Positions 9,769-22,929 of a DNA stretch of 64,000 nt are shown one piece after another. Source of the DNA: Escherichia phage EO1. The stretch lies in the sequence record OQ223305.1, one strand, 5' to 3'. Below the pieces are notes generated by a model, which searched no databases, had not been told where the DNA came from, and saw nothing but the letters and a program-made list of their open reading frames with translations. The translations under genes were made by a program, and so were the position numbers. Positions within the stretch are counted from its first letter, which is position 1. Each line of letters begins with the position of its first letter.

Positions 9769-9794
9769 TACCCTATCAACTTGAGGAGAATAAA

Positions 9795-10037
9795 ATGAGA
9801 TTACAACGCCAGAGCATCAAAGATTCAGAAGTTAGAGGTAAATGGTATTTTAATATCATCGGTAAAGATTCTGAACTCATTGAAAAAGCTGAACATCTTT
9901 TACGTGATATGGGATGGGAAGATGAATGCGATGGATGTCCTCTTTATGAAGACGGAGAAAGCGCAGGATTCTGGATTTATCATTCTGACGTCGAGCAGTT
10001 TAAAGCTGATTGGAAAATTGTGAAAAAGTCTATTTGA
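9795..10037 (+). CDS. Hypothetical protein
   Basis: ATG 9795 preceded by GAGGAG RBS; 80 aa. Confidence 0.55.
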   Translation: MRLQRQSIKDSEVRGKWYFNIIGKDSELIEKAEHLLRDMGWEDECDGCPLYEDGESAGFWIYHSDVEQFKADWKIVKKSI

Positions 10038-10047
10038 GGAAAATATT

Positions 10048-10407
10048 ATGTCTGACATTCATGTAGCTGGAATTGCTCGAGTAAGTATTCGTTGCCAACT
10101 TAAAACTGTACCCGGGACGGCTTATATTAATTTATCACACGACCTATGTTCTAGTGAAAGACCATTAACTGGTGTAATTACGTTTTACGCTGGAGTTGGC
10201 GGAAACGAATTTACTGTAGGCGAATTTGTTGGTCATAAATTAAAAGTTCAGAAGAATGTGTTAGAACTTTTTAATGACCTTTATGATGATAGCGATGAAG
10301 TTTTTGATGAAATCGCACAAGCAGTTAACAAAGGAATGGTAACTTTAGTTAAAATGATTAACTCTATCGGATATGCTCCTGACCCTTTTCGATGGGAGAT
10401 AATATAA
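10048..10407 (+). CDS. Hypothetical protein
   Basis: 119 aa ORF with GAGGA RBS. Confidence 0.55.
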   Translation: MSDIHVAGIARVSIRCQLKTVPGTAYINLSHDLCSSERPLTGVITFYAGVGGNEFTVGEFVGHKLKVQKNVLELFNDLYDDSDEVFDEIAQAVNKGMVTLVKMINSIGYAPDPFRWEII

Positions 10408-10499
10408 TTTTTGTATTTGAGTTTATGAATGATGAATTCTATTATGCAATGCTTTAAAAATTGCATAGTCTTGATTTAAATGAATTTGAGGAAAATATA

Positions 10500-11419
<920 letters not shown>

Positions 11420-11439
11420 AATAACACGTGGCGGAAAAT

Positions 11440-11787
11440 ATGAATTTTAATTATTACCCTATTCTATTAGAAAAAGACGCGAAACAACCAAAATGGCAAG
11501 GTCCTCAGTTTATTAAAGGCGTCTATCAATTAGTAGTTCCTAAAGACAAGATTTATAGCAGTTGTTTCACTGAATCCGCTTGTAGTATTTTCGGTAATAG
11601 TTCTCCGTATTGGAATTTTGATATAAAGCTTGACAGAAATATCGATATTTGGTTGAAAGCTATGGATATCGGCAATATCACGTTTGATGAGAATAATTAT
11701 CATATTATTGGTCGCTTTTCCAAGCGTGGTAAAGAATTGTATTTTACGCCTGAAATTGAAAGAAAATTTGATGCTAAACCGTATTGA
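11440..11787 (+). CDS. Hypothetical protein located between frd and td
   Basis: 115 aa from ATG 11440 (track gives a GTG start at 11428); no recognisable motifs. Confidence 0.5.
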   Translation: MNFNYYPILLEKDAKQPKWQGPQFIKGVYQLVVPKDKIYSSCFTESACSIFGNSSPYWNFDIKLDRNIDIWLKAMDIGNITFDENNYHIIGRFSKRGKELYFTPEIERKFDAKPY

Positions 11788-11831
11788 TTATTAGCTTCAT
11801 AAAATGTATTATAATTTATATAAGGTACTAA

Positions 11832-12692
11832 ATGAAACAATACCAAGATTTAATTAAAAACATCCTTGAAAATGGTTATGAAACCGATGACCGAACGGGC
11901 ACAGGAACAATTGCTCTGTTCGGTACTAAATTGCGTTGGGATTTAACTAAAGGTTTTCCTGCAGTAACAACTAAAAAGCTCGCCTGGAATGCATGCATTG
12001 CTGAGCTAATATGGTTTTTATCAGGAAGCACAAATGTCAATGATTTGCGATTAATTCAACATGATTCATCAATTCAAGGCAAAACAGTCTGGGATGAAAA
12101 TTACGAAAATCAAGCAAAAGATTTAGGATACCATAGCGGTGAACTTGGTCCAATTTATGGAAAACAGTGGCGTGATTTTGGCGGTGTAGATCAAATTATA
12201 GAAGTTATTGATCGTATTAAAAAACTGCCAAATGATAGGCGTCAAATTGTTTCTGCGTGGAATCCAGCTGAACTTAAATATATGGCATTACCGCCTTGTC
12301 ATATGTTCTATCAGTTTAATGTGCGTAATGGATACCTTGACCTTCAGTGGTATCAACGTTCGGTAGATGTTTTCCTCGGTCTTCCATTTAATATTGCATC
12401 ATATGCTACGTTAGTTCATATTGTAGCTAAGATGTGTAATCTTATTCCGGGAGATTTGATATTTTCTGGTGGTAATACTCATATCTATATGAATCACGTA
12501 GAACAATGTAAAGAAATTTTATGTCGTGAACCTATGGATTTATGCGAATTACAATTAAAATTTCCAGATGAATTTGATGAATGGAACACAGAATCGCAGG
12601 TATTTTGGTTGAGTCAATTTGCAAAGCCTCATAATTTTGTTCTTAACAACTATGAATCACATCCTCCTATTAAAGGAAAGATGGCGGTGTAA
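11832..12692 (+). CDS. td: Thymidylate synthase, uninterrupted (no group I intron)
   Basis: 286 aa continuous ORF with conserved TS motifs (PPCH, ...[10 protein letters not shown] end). Confidence 0.93.
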   Translation: MKQYQDLIKNILENGYETDDRTGTGTIALFGTKLRWDLTKGFPAVTTKKLAWNACIAELIWFLSGSTNVNDLRLIQHDSSIQGKTVWDENYENQAKDLGYHSGELGPIYGKQWRDFGGVDQIIEVIDRIKKLPNDRRQIVSAWNPAELKYMALPPCHMFYQFNVRNGYLDLQWYQRSVDVFLGLPFNIASYATLVHIVAKMCNLIPGDLIFSGGNTHIYMNHVEQCKEILCREPMDLCELQLKFPDEFDEWNTESQVFWLSQFAKPHNFVLNNYESHPPIKGKMAV

Positions 12693-12712
12693 TTTTATTA
12701 TTGCGAGGATAT

Positions 12713-12976
12713 ATGATTTTACGATTTAAAGATACTTCTGGTGTAGTTCTTTTTACACTTCCTAATCCAAGCGAGTTAGAAGTTCCAGGACCAAATCAGC
12801 CTATTATCATTTATGGCAAAAAATATTATACTCATAAAATGACTCGTGAGTATTTTGATAATAAAATTTCCACAGTTAAAACTTCTTCTGACTGTTACTA
12901 CGATATTACTGTTTTAACGGAAGAACAATATGAACACTTACAACCGCGCAGGCCGTATATGCCGAGTAGTGAATAA
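12713..12976 (+). CDS. Hypothetical protein
   Basis: ATG 12713 with AGGAT RBS; 87 aa. Confidence 0.5.
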   Translation: MILRFKDTSGVVLFTLPNPSELEVPGPNQPIIIYGKKYYTHKMTREYFDNKISTVKTSSDCYYDITVLTEEQYEHLQPRRPYMPSSE

Positions 12977-13256
12977 ATATAAATCCGACTTTGATGTTAA
13001 TATTCACCGTGGTACATTTTGGGGAAATTACGTCGGTAAAGATGCTGGCAGCCGGGAGGCTGCCATTGAATTATTCAAAAAAGATTTTATACGTCGAATT
13101 AAATCCGGAGAAATAACTAAAGCACATTTAGAGCCTTTACGTGGAATGAGGCTAGGATGCACATGTAAACCAAAGCCGTGTCATGGTGATATAATAGCTC
13201 ATATAGTTAACCGATTGTTTAAAGACGATTTTCAAGTTGAGGACTTATGCAATTAA
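12930..13256 (+). CDS. Hypothetical protein with C-terminal [12 protein letters not shown] Cys/His motif (DUF4326-like)
   Basis: 108 aa; WGNYVGKD ... [15 protein letters not shown] resembles the DUF4326-type signature as I remember it. Confidence 0.55.
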   Translation: MNTYNRAGRICRVVNKYKSDFDVNIHRGTFWGNYVGKDAGSREAAIELFKKDFIRRIKSGEITKAHLEPLRGMRLGCTCKPKPCHGDIIAHIVNRLFKDDFQVEDLCN

Positions 13257-15511
13257 TTAATGTTATCAAAAGTAGTGGTGTTTCTCAGAGCTTTGACCCA
13301 CAAAAAATTATTAAAGTTTTATCTTGGGCAGCTGAAGGAACATCTGTAGATCCTTATGAATTATATGAAAATATTAAATCATATCTCCGTGATGGAATGA
13401 CAACTGATGATATTCAGACTATTGTCATTAAGGCCGCTGCGAATTCTATTTCGGTTGAAGAACCTGATTATCAATATGTAGCTGCACGCTGTTTAATGTT
13501 TGCTCTTCGTAAGCATGTTTATGGGCAGTATGAACCACGTTCATTTATTGACCATATTTCTTACTGTGTAAATGAAGGTAAATATGACCCTGAATTATTG
13601 TCAAAATATTCAGCAGAAGAAATTACATTTTTAGAATCAAAAATTAAGCATGAGCGGGATATGGAATTTACTTATTCCGGGGCGATGCAATTAAAAGAAA
13701 AATATCTAGTTAAAGATAAAACCACTGGTCAAATTTATGAAACTCCACAGTTTGCATTTATGACTATTGGAATGGCATTGCATCAAGATGAACCTGTTGA
13801 TAGATTAAAACATGTTATTCGTTTTTATGAAGCAGTATCCACTCGACAGATTTCACTGCCAACTCCTATTATGGCTGGTTGCCGTACTCCAACTCGGCAG
13901 TTTAGTTCATGCGTTGTTATTGAGGCAGGTGATTCATTAAAGTCTATCAATAAGGCTTCCGCTTCAATTGTTGAATATATCTCTAAACGCGCTGGAATTG
14001 GTATTAACGTTGGTATGATTCGTGCTGAAGGTTCTAAGATTGGCATGGGTGAAGTACGCCATACTGGTGTTATTCCTTTTTGGAAACATTTTCAGACTGC
14101 TGTTAAATCATGTTCACAGGGTGGAATTCGTGGCGGCGCTGCTACTGCTTATTATCCTATTTGGCATTTGGAAGTTGAAAATCTTCTTGTTTTGAAAAAT
14201 AACAAAGGCGTAGAAGAAAACCGCATTCGTCATATGGATTATGGTGTTCAACTGAATGATTTGATGATGGAACGATTCGGAAAGAACGATTACATTACTT
14301 TGTTCAGTCCGCATGAAATGGGTGGAGAGCTTTATTATTCTTATTTTAAAGACCAAGACCGTTTCCGTGAATTATACGAAGCAGCAGAAAAAGACCCTAA
14401 TATTCGTAAAAAGCGTATTAAAGCCCGTGAACTATTTGAATTGCTCATGACTGAACGCTCAGGAACAGCAAGGATTTATGTGCAGTTCATTGATAATACG
14501 AATAACTATACTCCGTTTATTCGTGAAAAGGCACCTATTCGTCAGAGTAACTTGTGCTGTGAAATTGCTATTCCAACAAATGATGTGAATAGCTCTGATG
14601 CTGAAATTGGATTGTGCACGTTATCTGCATTTGTGCTGGATAACTTCGATTGGCAAGACCAAGATAAAATTAATGAATTAGCAGAAGTTCAAGTTCGTGC
14701 TCTTGATAATCTTTTGGATTACCAAGGATATCCAGTTCCTGAAGCAGAAAAAGCTAAAAAGCGTCGTAACCTCGGTATAGGTGTTACTAACTATGCAGCT
14801 TGGCTGGCAAGTAACTTTGCTTCTTATGAAGATGCTAACGATTTAACACATGAACTATTTGAGAGATTACAGTATGGACTCATTAAAGCATCCATTAAGC
14901 TCGCCAAAGAAAAAGGACCTTGCGAATATTATTCAGACACTCGTTGGTCTCGAGGCGAATTACCTATCGACTGGTACAATAAAAAGATTGACCAAATCGC
15001 AGCTCCAAAATACGTTTGTGACTGGTCGTCGCTGCGGGAAGACCTTAAGCTCTTTGGCATCCGTAATAGCACACTATCAGCACTTATGCCATGTGAGTCA
15101 TCTTCCCAAGTTTCTAACAGTACAAACGGTATCGAGCCTCCACGTGGACCAGTCTCTGTTAAAGAATCAAAAGAGGGCTCCTTTAATCAAGTCGTGCCCA
15201 ATATTGAGCATAACATAGACCTCTATGATTATACATGGAAATTAGCTAAGAAAGGTAATAAACCTTATCTTACGCAGGTAGCTATTATGCTAAAATGGGT
15301 TTGTCAATCAGCTTCGGCGAATACATATTATGACCCGCAGATTTTTCCAAAAGGAAAGGTTCCAATGTCTGTAATGATTGATGACATGCTATACGGATGG
15401 TATTATGGCATTAAAAACTTCTATTATCATAATACTCGTGATGGTTCCGGTACTGATGATTACGAAATAGAAACTCCAAAAGCCGATGATTGCGCAGCGT
15501 GTAAATTGTAA
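13247..15511 (+). CDS. nrdA: Ribonucleotide reductase large subunit
   Basis: 754 aa, class I RNR alpha with ATP-cone N-terminus. Confidence 0.93.
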   Translation: MQLINVIKSSGVSQSFDPQKIIKVLSWAAEGTSVDPYELYENIKSYLRDGMTTDDIQTIVIKAAANSISVEEPDYQYVAARCLMFALRKHVYGQYEPRSFIDHISYCVNEGKYDPELLSKYSAEEITFLESKIKHERDMEFTYSGAMQLKEKYLVKDKTTGQIYETPQFAFMTIGMALHQDEPVDRLKHVIRFYEAVSTRQISLPTPIMAGCRTPTRQFSSCVVIEAGDSLKSINKASASIVEYISKRAGIGINVGMIRAEGSKIGMGEVRHTGVIPFWKHFQTAVKSCSQGGIRGGAATAYYPIWHLEVENLLVLKNNKGVEENRIRHMDYGVQLNDLMMERFGKNDYITLFSPHEMGGELYYSYFKDQDRFRELYEAAEKDPNIRKKRIKARELFELLMTERSGTARIYVQFIDNTNNYTPFIREKAPIRQSNLCCEIAIPTNDVNSSDAEIGLCTLSAFVLDNFDWQDQDKINELAEVQVRALDNLLDYQGYPVPEAEKAKKRRNLGIGVTNYAAWLASNFASYEDANDLTHELFERLQYGLIKASIKLAKEKGPCEYYSDTRWSRGELPIDWYNKKIDQIAAPKYVCDWSSLREDLKLFGIRNSTLSALMPCESSSQVSNSTNGIEPPRGPVSVKESKEGSFNQVVPNIEHNIDLYDYTWKLAKKGNKPYLTQVAIMLKWVCQSASANTYYDPQIFPKGKVPMSVMIDDMLYGWYYGIKNFYYHNTRDGSGTDDYEIETPKADDCAACKL

Positions 15512-16242
15512 TGAATTATCAAAAAATTTATAACGACCTAATTTCCCGAGCTCAGGCTCGGGAATCTTTATCAGAATATAAAGAGACACATCATATAATC
15601 CCTAGATGTATGGGAGGTTCTGATGATAAGGAAAATTTAGTTGAATTAACAGCCAGAGAACATTTTATAGCTCATCTACTACTATGTAAGATAAATGAAG
15701 GCCATTTTGGGCTTGCCTCTGCGTTAACGTTAATGGCAACAGATAAAGCTGGCAATAGAATTAATAACAGATTGTACAGCTTACACAGAAAATTATTTGC
15801 TAAAGCTAATTCTGAGTTCTTTAAGAAATATTGGAAAAATAATCCTCATCCTAAAGGAATGTTAGGCAAGCATCATAAAAACGAAACCAAACAGCATGTA
15901 TCAAAAGTGAATAGATACGCATGCCCATCTATAGAAATACATAAATTCTCATTAGATGGGGATTTCATAGAAACCTTTCACTCTATTGCAGCAGCGTCCC
16001 GGTCAGTTAATGGAAACGGGTCAAATATCAAATATTGCGCCGAGGGTAAATTTCAATATGCTTATGGATTTAGATGGTCATATCAACTTGATGCAAAGTT
16101 TGACAAAATAAAACCAAGAGATTATAAAGGAATCCGCGGTAAGAAATGGATTAATAATGGAAGTGAATGCACGCTTATAGGTAAAGATGATATTATACCG
16201 CCAGGTTGGAAACACGGCAGAATTTTAAAGAGGAAAAATTAA
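15511..16242 (+). CDS. mobE: HNH family homing endonuclease, MobE-like by position
   Basis: HHIIPRCMGGSDDKENLVELTAREHFIAH (H-H...N...H); inserted between nrdA and nrdB with TAATG overlaps at both ends. Confidence 0.7.
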   Translation: MNYQKIYNDLISRAQARESLSEYKETHHIIPRCMGGSDDKENLVELTAREHFIAHLLLCKINEGHFGLASALTLMATDKAGNRINNRLYSLHRKLFAKANSEFFKKYWKNNPHPKGMLGKHHKNETKQHVSKVNRYACPSIEIHKFSLDGDFIETFHSIAAASRSVNGNGSNIKYCAEGKFQYAYGFRWSYQLDAKFDKIKPRDYKGIRGKKWINNGSECTLIGKDDIIPPGWKHGRILKRKN

Positions 16243-17420
16243 TGTCTACAGTTTTTAATACAAATCCAGTTGATGTTTTAAAAGAACCTATGTTCTTCGG
16301 TTCAGGTCTTGGTATTGCGCGTTATGATATTCAACGTCATAAAGTTTTTGAAGATTTAACTGAAAAGCAGTTGTCATTTTTCTGGCGTCCTGAAGAAGTA
16401 AACTTGATGATGGATGCTGCACAGTTTAATAAGCTTCCTCAGTACCAGCAAAATATTTTTACTAATAACCTGAAGTATCAATCACTTTTGGATAGCATTC
16501 AGGGCCGCGCGCCATCTGCCGTACTTATGTCATTAATTTCAGACCCAAGCCTTGATACATGGGTTGCTACATGGACTTTTAGTGAAACTATTCACAGTCG
16601 TTCATATACTCATATTATGCGAAATCTTTATACTGATCCGTCAAAGGTATTTGATGAAATTGTATTAGATGAAGCTATTATGAAACGTGCTGAATCCATT
16701 GGACGTTATTATGATGATGTTCTGATTAAAACTCGTTATTGGGAAAACGCTAAAGCTGATATCGAATACCAAAAAGAAATTAATGCAGACGAAGACGTTA
16801 TTGAAGATGCTATTGAGCATGAGACATATTGGAAGCATGAGCTAATGAAATCTCTTTACCTCTGTTTGCATGTAATCAACGCATTGGAAGCTATTCGTTT
16901 TTATGTATCTTTCGCATGTACCTTTAACTTCCATAAGAACATGGAAATCATGGAAGGTAATGCCAAGATTATGAAGTTCATTGCTCGTGATGAGCAGCTT
17001 CACCTTAAAGGCACCCAATATATTATTCGTCAACTTCAACTTGGCACTGATGGTGATGAATGGGTTAAAATCGCCCAAGAGTGTGAACAAGAAGCAGTTG
17101 ATATTTTCATGGAAGTTAACCGCCAAGAAAAAGATTGGGCAGTTCATTTATTTAAAGATGGCGATGTTCCTGGATTAAATACAAATAGCATGTGGAGCTT
17201 TATTGATTACTTAACTGTATCTCGTATGAAACAGTGCGGTCTTCCATGCCCAATTACCGATGCTCCGGTTAAACATCCGTATCCTTGGATTCGTGAATAT
17301 CTTAATTCTGATAATGTTCAATCCGCGCCGCAAGAAGTAGAACTGTCATCTTATCTTGTTGCACAGATTGATAATGATGTTGATGATAAAGTTATGATGA
17401 GTTTTAAAAAATACTTTTAA
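16242..17420 (+). CDS. nrdB: Ribonucleotide reductase small subunit, uninterrupted
   Basis: 392 aa continuous ORF from ATG 16242. Confidence 0.9.
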   Translation: MSTVFNTNPVDVLKEPMFFGSGLGIARYDIQRHKVFEDLTEKQLSFFWRPEEVNLMMDAAQFNKLPQYQQNIFTNNLKYQSLLDSIQGRAPSAVLMSLISDPSLDTWVATWTFSETIHSRSYTHIMRNLYTDPSKVFDEIVLDEAIMKRAESIGRYYDDVLIKTRYWENAKADIEYQKEINADEDVIEDAIEHETYWKHELMKSLYLCLHVINALEAIRFYVSFACTFNFHKNMEIMEGNAKIMKFIARDEQLHLKGTQYIIRQLQLGTDGDEWVKIAQECEQEAVDIFMEVNRQEKDWAVHLFKDGDVPGLNTNSMWSFIDYLTVSRMKQCGLPCPITDAPVKHPYPWIREYLNSDNVQSAPQEVELSSYLVAQIDNDVDDKVMMSFKKYF

Positions 17421-17426
17421 GGAGTG

Positions 17427-17446
17427 GGCCGCAAGGCCCATTTTAT
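17427..17446 (+). terminator. Rho-independent terminator after nrdB
   Basis: tgggcc-gcaa-ggccca hairpin followed by ttttatt. Confidence 0.6.
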
Positions 17447-17447
17447 T

Positions 17448-19035
<1,588 letters not shown>

Positions 19036-19039
19036 GCTG

Positions 19040-19068
19040 TTTACAAGTCTCTCGTGTTGTGTTACAAT
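19040..19068 (+). promoter_or_regulatory. Early promoter for alc (TTTACA, 17 nt, TGtTACAAT)
   Basis: GTTTACA at 19039-19045 and extended -10 at 19060-19068; nearly identical to the 34766-34795 promoter. Confidence 0.6.
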
Positions 19069-19096
19069 AGTCTTACTGACATAACATGAGGACTTT

Positions 19097-19603
19097 ATGA
19101 TGGATTTACAGCTTATTACTACTGAAATGGTCGTTGAAGCATACGGTGATACTACAGATGGGATTTCTGTATTTAAAGGAAATCGTCGAGTTGGATATAT
19201 CACCGATCTTAAGAAAGATTTAGCTAAGCAAGTCAAGCGGAAAACGACCATTAAAGAATATCGAAATCGTCGTCTTGAGCAAGCCCGTGATATGCTTCCT
19301 GATGCAGTTGAGGAGATGAAAGTCTTTTTAGAAAATCAACTCGCTAAGTATGATTGTGAAGTGTTTATTAATCAGACTCAACCTAATGTTCATATCAATA
19401 GCTGCAAATGCTATATCATCGTTAATCCTTTGACAGGAAAGCATCGTCTTGGAATTAGTAATCCAAATCGTAGCGCATCGGATATGGCAGAAGATGTTGC
19501 GGCGTGCTTTAAAATTTCTAAATCTCCGGCTGAACATCATATTTTAATTAACGGTCTTTCTCAAGACGATATTATAGAGGTTATTAAAACTTTATGCATG
19601 TAA
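19097..19603 (+). CDS. alc: Alc, inhibitor of host (cytosine-DNA) transcription
   Basis: 168 aa, position after gene 63 as in T4. Confidence 0.85.
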   Translation: MMDLQLITTEMVVEAYGDTTDGISVFKGNRRVGYITDLKKDLAKQVKRKTTIKEYRNRRLEQARDMLPDAVEEMKVFLENQLAKYDCEVFINQTQPNVHINSCKCYIIVNPLTGKHRLGISNPNRSASDMAEDVAACFKISKSPAEHHILINGLSQDDIIEVIKTLCM

Positions 19604-19947
19604 GTAATTTTACAGCTGGATTGCTATTACTTGTAATAGCATTTGGCGGAACATCTATTATTTTAAAAAATAAGGTAGAAAGATTAGAAACATCGGTTAC
19701 TGAAATTACAAAAACGGCCAATGAAAACGCTTTAGCATTAGATAATTTGCGAATTCAGTATAATTATATTGATGCGATGAATAATAAAAATCGTGAGGCA
19801 ATTGCTGCTATTGAGCGTGAAAATGAAAAACTGCGCAAAGATGCAAAGAAGGCGGATGTGGTGGCTCATAAGCCAGGATTGGTTGAAAAACAAATCAACA
19901 ACTCCTTCAACAAGTTCGCAGAAGACATCCAGGACCTTTCTAAATGA
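19594..19947 (+). CDS. Hypothetical membrane protein
   Basis: N-terminal hydrophobic segment FTAGLLLLVIAFGG, then coiled-coil-like region. Confidence 0.55.
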   Translation: MHVSNFTAGLLLLVIAFGGTSIILKNKVERLETSVTEITKTANENALALDNLRIQYNYIDAMNNKNREAIAAIERENEKLRKDAKKADVVAHKPGLVEKQINNSFNKFAEDIQDLSK

Positions 19948-20243
19948 TTAGACTATCAGCAGTAATATTATCTATCGGTCTTCTAGCTGGTTGTTCGACA
20001 AAGCCTCTAGAAGTAAAGAAAGAAACAGTTCATCCTAGTTGGCCTGTACAGATAAAGTCATATGACGAAGCTAAACTATCTTGGCAAGTTAAAGTTATTG
20101 ATGGTAAAGCTTGGGTAGGTATGCCATTTGAAGATTCTCAGGAATTTCGTATTTGGCTTAATGATGTAAAACGATATGTACATGATCAGAAAACTATGAT
20201 ATGTTATTATCGCCAAGAGTTAAAAGAGGATAAATGCAAATGA
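19944..20243 (+). CDS. Putative lipoprotein
   Basis: Signal peptide with lipobox LLAGC near the N-terminus. Confidence 0.55.
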   Translation: MIRLSAVILSIGLLAGCSTKPLEVKKETVHPSWPVQIKSYDEAKLSWQVKVIDGKAWVGMPFEDSQEFRIWLNDVKRYVHDQKTMICYYRQELKEDKCK

Positions 20244-20466
20244 TTTCATGGCATCAATTTGAACATCTCAAAGGATTGATTTATGAATCCGAGATGGCTG
20301 CAATGATTTACGGACGCCAGATTCAGCGGTTAGAATCTTTACCTCCAACTAATGATGTTTTATTAGCTCAATCACGCGCTAATCTCAAAAATGAATATCA
20401 AAATAAGTGGGGTAAAGCATCTAAAGACCTGCATGATTATATTCAATCATTGGTTGAGAAAAATAA

Positions 20467-20470
<4 letters not shown>
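20234..20470 (+). CDS. Hypothetical protein
   Basis: 78 aa ORF in the operon, overlapping stop/start. Confidence 0.5.
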
Positions 20471-21670
<1,200 letters not shown>

Positions 21671-21671
<1 letters not shown>

Positions 21672-21868
21672 TGGCTTTACATCATGAAACTTGGGCTATT
21701 ATTATTGTAAATAGTGGTTTAGTTGGTACTAGTAATGGACAATTTTGTGTATTCACTAGTGAAATCAGAGCTTGGGAGGAATGCCTTAAATTAAGGGAAA
21801 AGAATCCTGATGTTGAACTAACAGTAAAGAAAACTAAACTGCCTTTACCATGGAAAACTTATGAATAA
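21671..21868 (+). CDS. Hypothetical protein
   Basis: 65 aa ORF coupled to pseT stop. Confidence 0.45.
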
Positions 21869-22061
21869 CATAGAAAAGATTTATCAACTTTGTGATAAAA
21901 TTGAAAAAGAAAAGAAATATCTATTTTGTTTATGGCCTATTGTTGATGGAAGAATAGACTTAGATATTCTTGATTATGAAACAGAAGACATAGTAGATGG
22001 TTCAACTTTTGATAATGCGTTGGATGTTATTAATTGGCTTGAAGAAAATTATGTGGGGTGA
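21861..22061 (+). CDS. Hypothetical protein
   Basis: 66 aa ORF. Confidence 0.45.
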   Translation: MNNIEKIYQLCDKIEKEKKYLFCLWPIVDGRIDLDILDYETEDIVDGSTFDNALDVINWLEENYVG

Positions 22062-22339
22062 ATATGTTTCCGACTTATTCTAAAATCGTAGAAGTAGTGT
22101 TTAGCCAAATTATCGCTAATAACATGTTTGAAAAGCTTGATAATGCAGCTGAGCTTCGAATTCATGCTCAAGTGACTCATGTATTGAACACTTTGCTTCC
22201 AGACCAGGTGGATTCTATTGCAATTACGCTGTATCCAGGTTCCGCGCATATCATTGTCGTATTCGGTCTTGATGCTGAGCTAGTCATCAAAGGCGATATT
22301 CGTTTTGAATCGCAGACATCAGAATTCAAAGCAATTTAA
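22058..22339 (+). CDS. Hypothetical protein
   Basis: 93 aa ORF. Confidence 0.45.
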   Translation: MNMFPTYSKIVEVVFSQIIANNMFEKLDNAAELRIHAQVTHVLNTLLPDQVDSIAITLYPGSAHIIVVFGLDAELVIKGDIRFESQTSEFKAI

Positions 22340-22342
22340 TAG

Positions 22343-22371
22343 TTTACTTTACGGTAGAGTTGTGATATTAT
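22343..22371 (+). promoter_or_regulatory. Early promoter (TTTACT, 17 nt, TGaTATTAT)
   Basis: GTTTAC at 22342-22347; the -10 sits in the loop of inverted repeat ggtagag(22353-22359)/ctctacc(22374-22380). Confidence 0.55.
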
Positions 22372-22401
22372 AGCTCTACCAAAACAAATGAGGAAATTGA
22401 A

Positions 22402-22929
22402 ATGAGCGAATGGTTTGAAGAAGATAAGGTTTATCGCTTTAAAGCTGGATATAAAGATATTTTTAATGAAACTTGCGGGGCTAATAAACGAATTGCCCAG
22501 TTTATTGGGGAAAATTCATTTAAAGTAAAAATAGATCCTGCGAAAAATGTTATTAGCATTAAACGCGAAATTGATGATTGTTGGTATAAAGCTGTTGATG
22601 TAATGGGTGAATCCTATAAAGTTAGCCCGTTATTTTCAATTGCTTATATGTTAGAATATTCTTTTTTCGAAGAAGTTCAAAAAGATGATTCTACAAGTAA
22701 ATTTGAAATTAAAGCTGATAAAGAAATTAAGTGGAAAGTAGTAGGTATTACTGGTTGTATGTTCTATATCTATGCTCAAACTGATACGAAGGAAGAAGCT
22801 AAAAAGAAAGCTCTAGAATATCTTGAAGAGTATGAAGAAGGCCCGGTAATGATTACCCAAGATGCCGAATTAGTTTCTGTCAAATTAGTTAAAAACGTTG
22901 AAAGTAAGGAGCTGGGATCAACATGCTAA
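22402..22929 (+). CDS. Hypothetical protein
   Basis: 175 aa ORF with GAGGAAA RBS. Confidence 0.55.
   Translation: MSEWFEEDKVYRFKAGYKDIFNETCGANKRIAQFIGENSFKVKIDPAKNVISIKREIDDCWYKAVDVMGESYKVSPLFSIAYMLEYSFFEEVQKDDSTSKFEIKADKEIKWKVVGITGCMFYIYAQTDTKEEAKKKALEYLEEYEEGPVMITQDAELVSVKLVKNVESKELGSTC

Noticed and set aside
10450-10475. MotA-box-like TGCTTTA with a flanking inverted repeat (atgcaat/attgcat) as a middle promoter
   Set aside because: No acceptable TAnnnT -10 element 11-13 nt downstream of the box.
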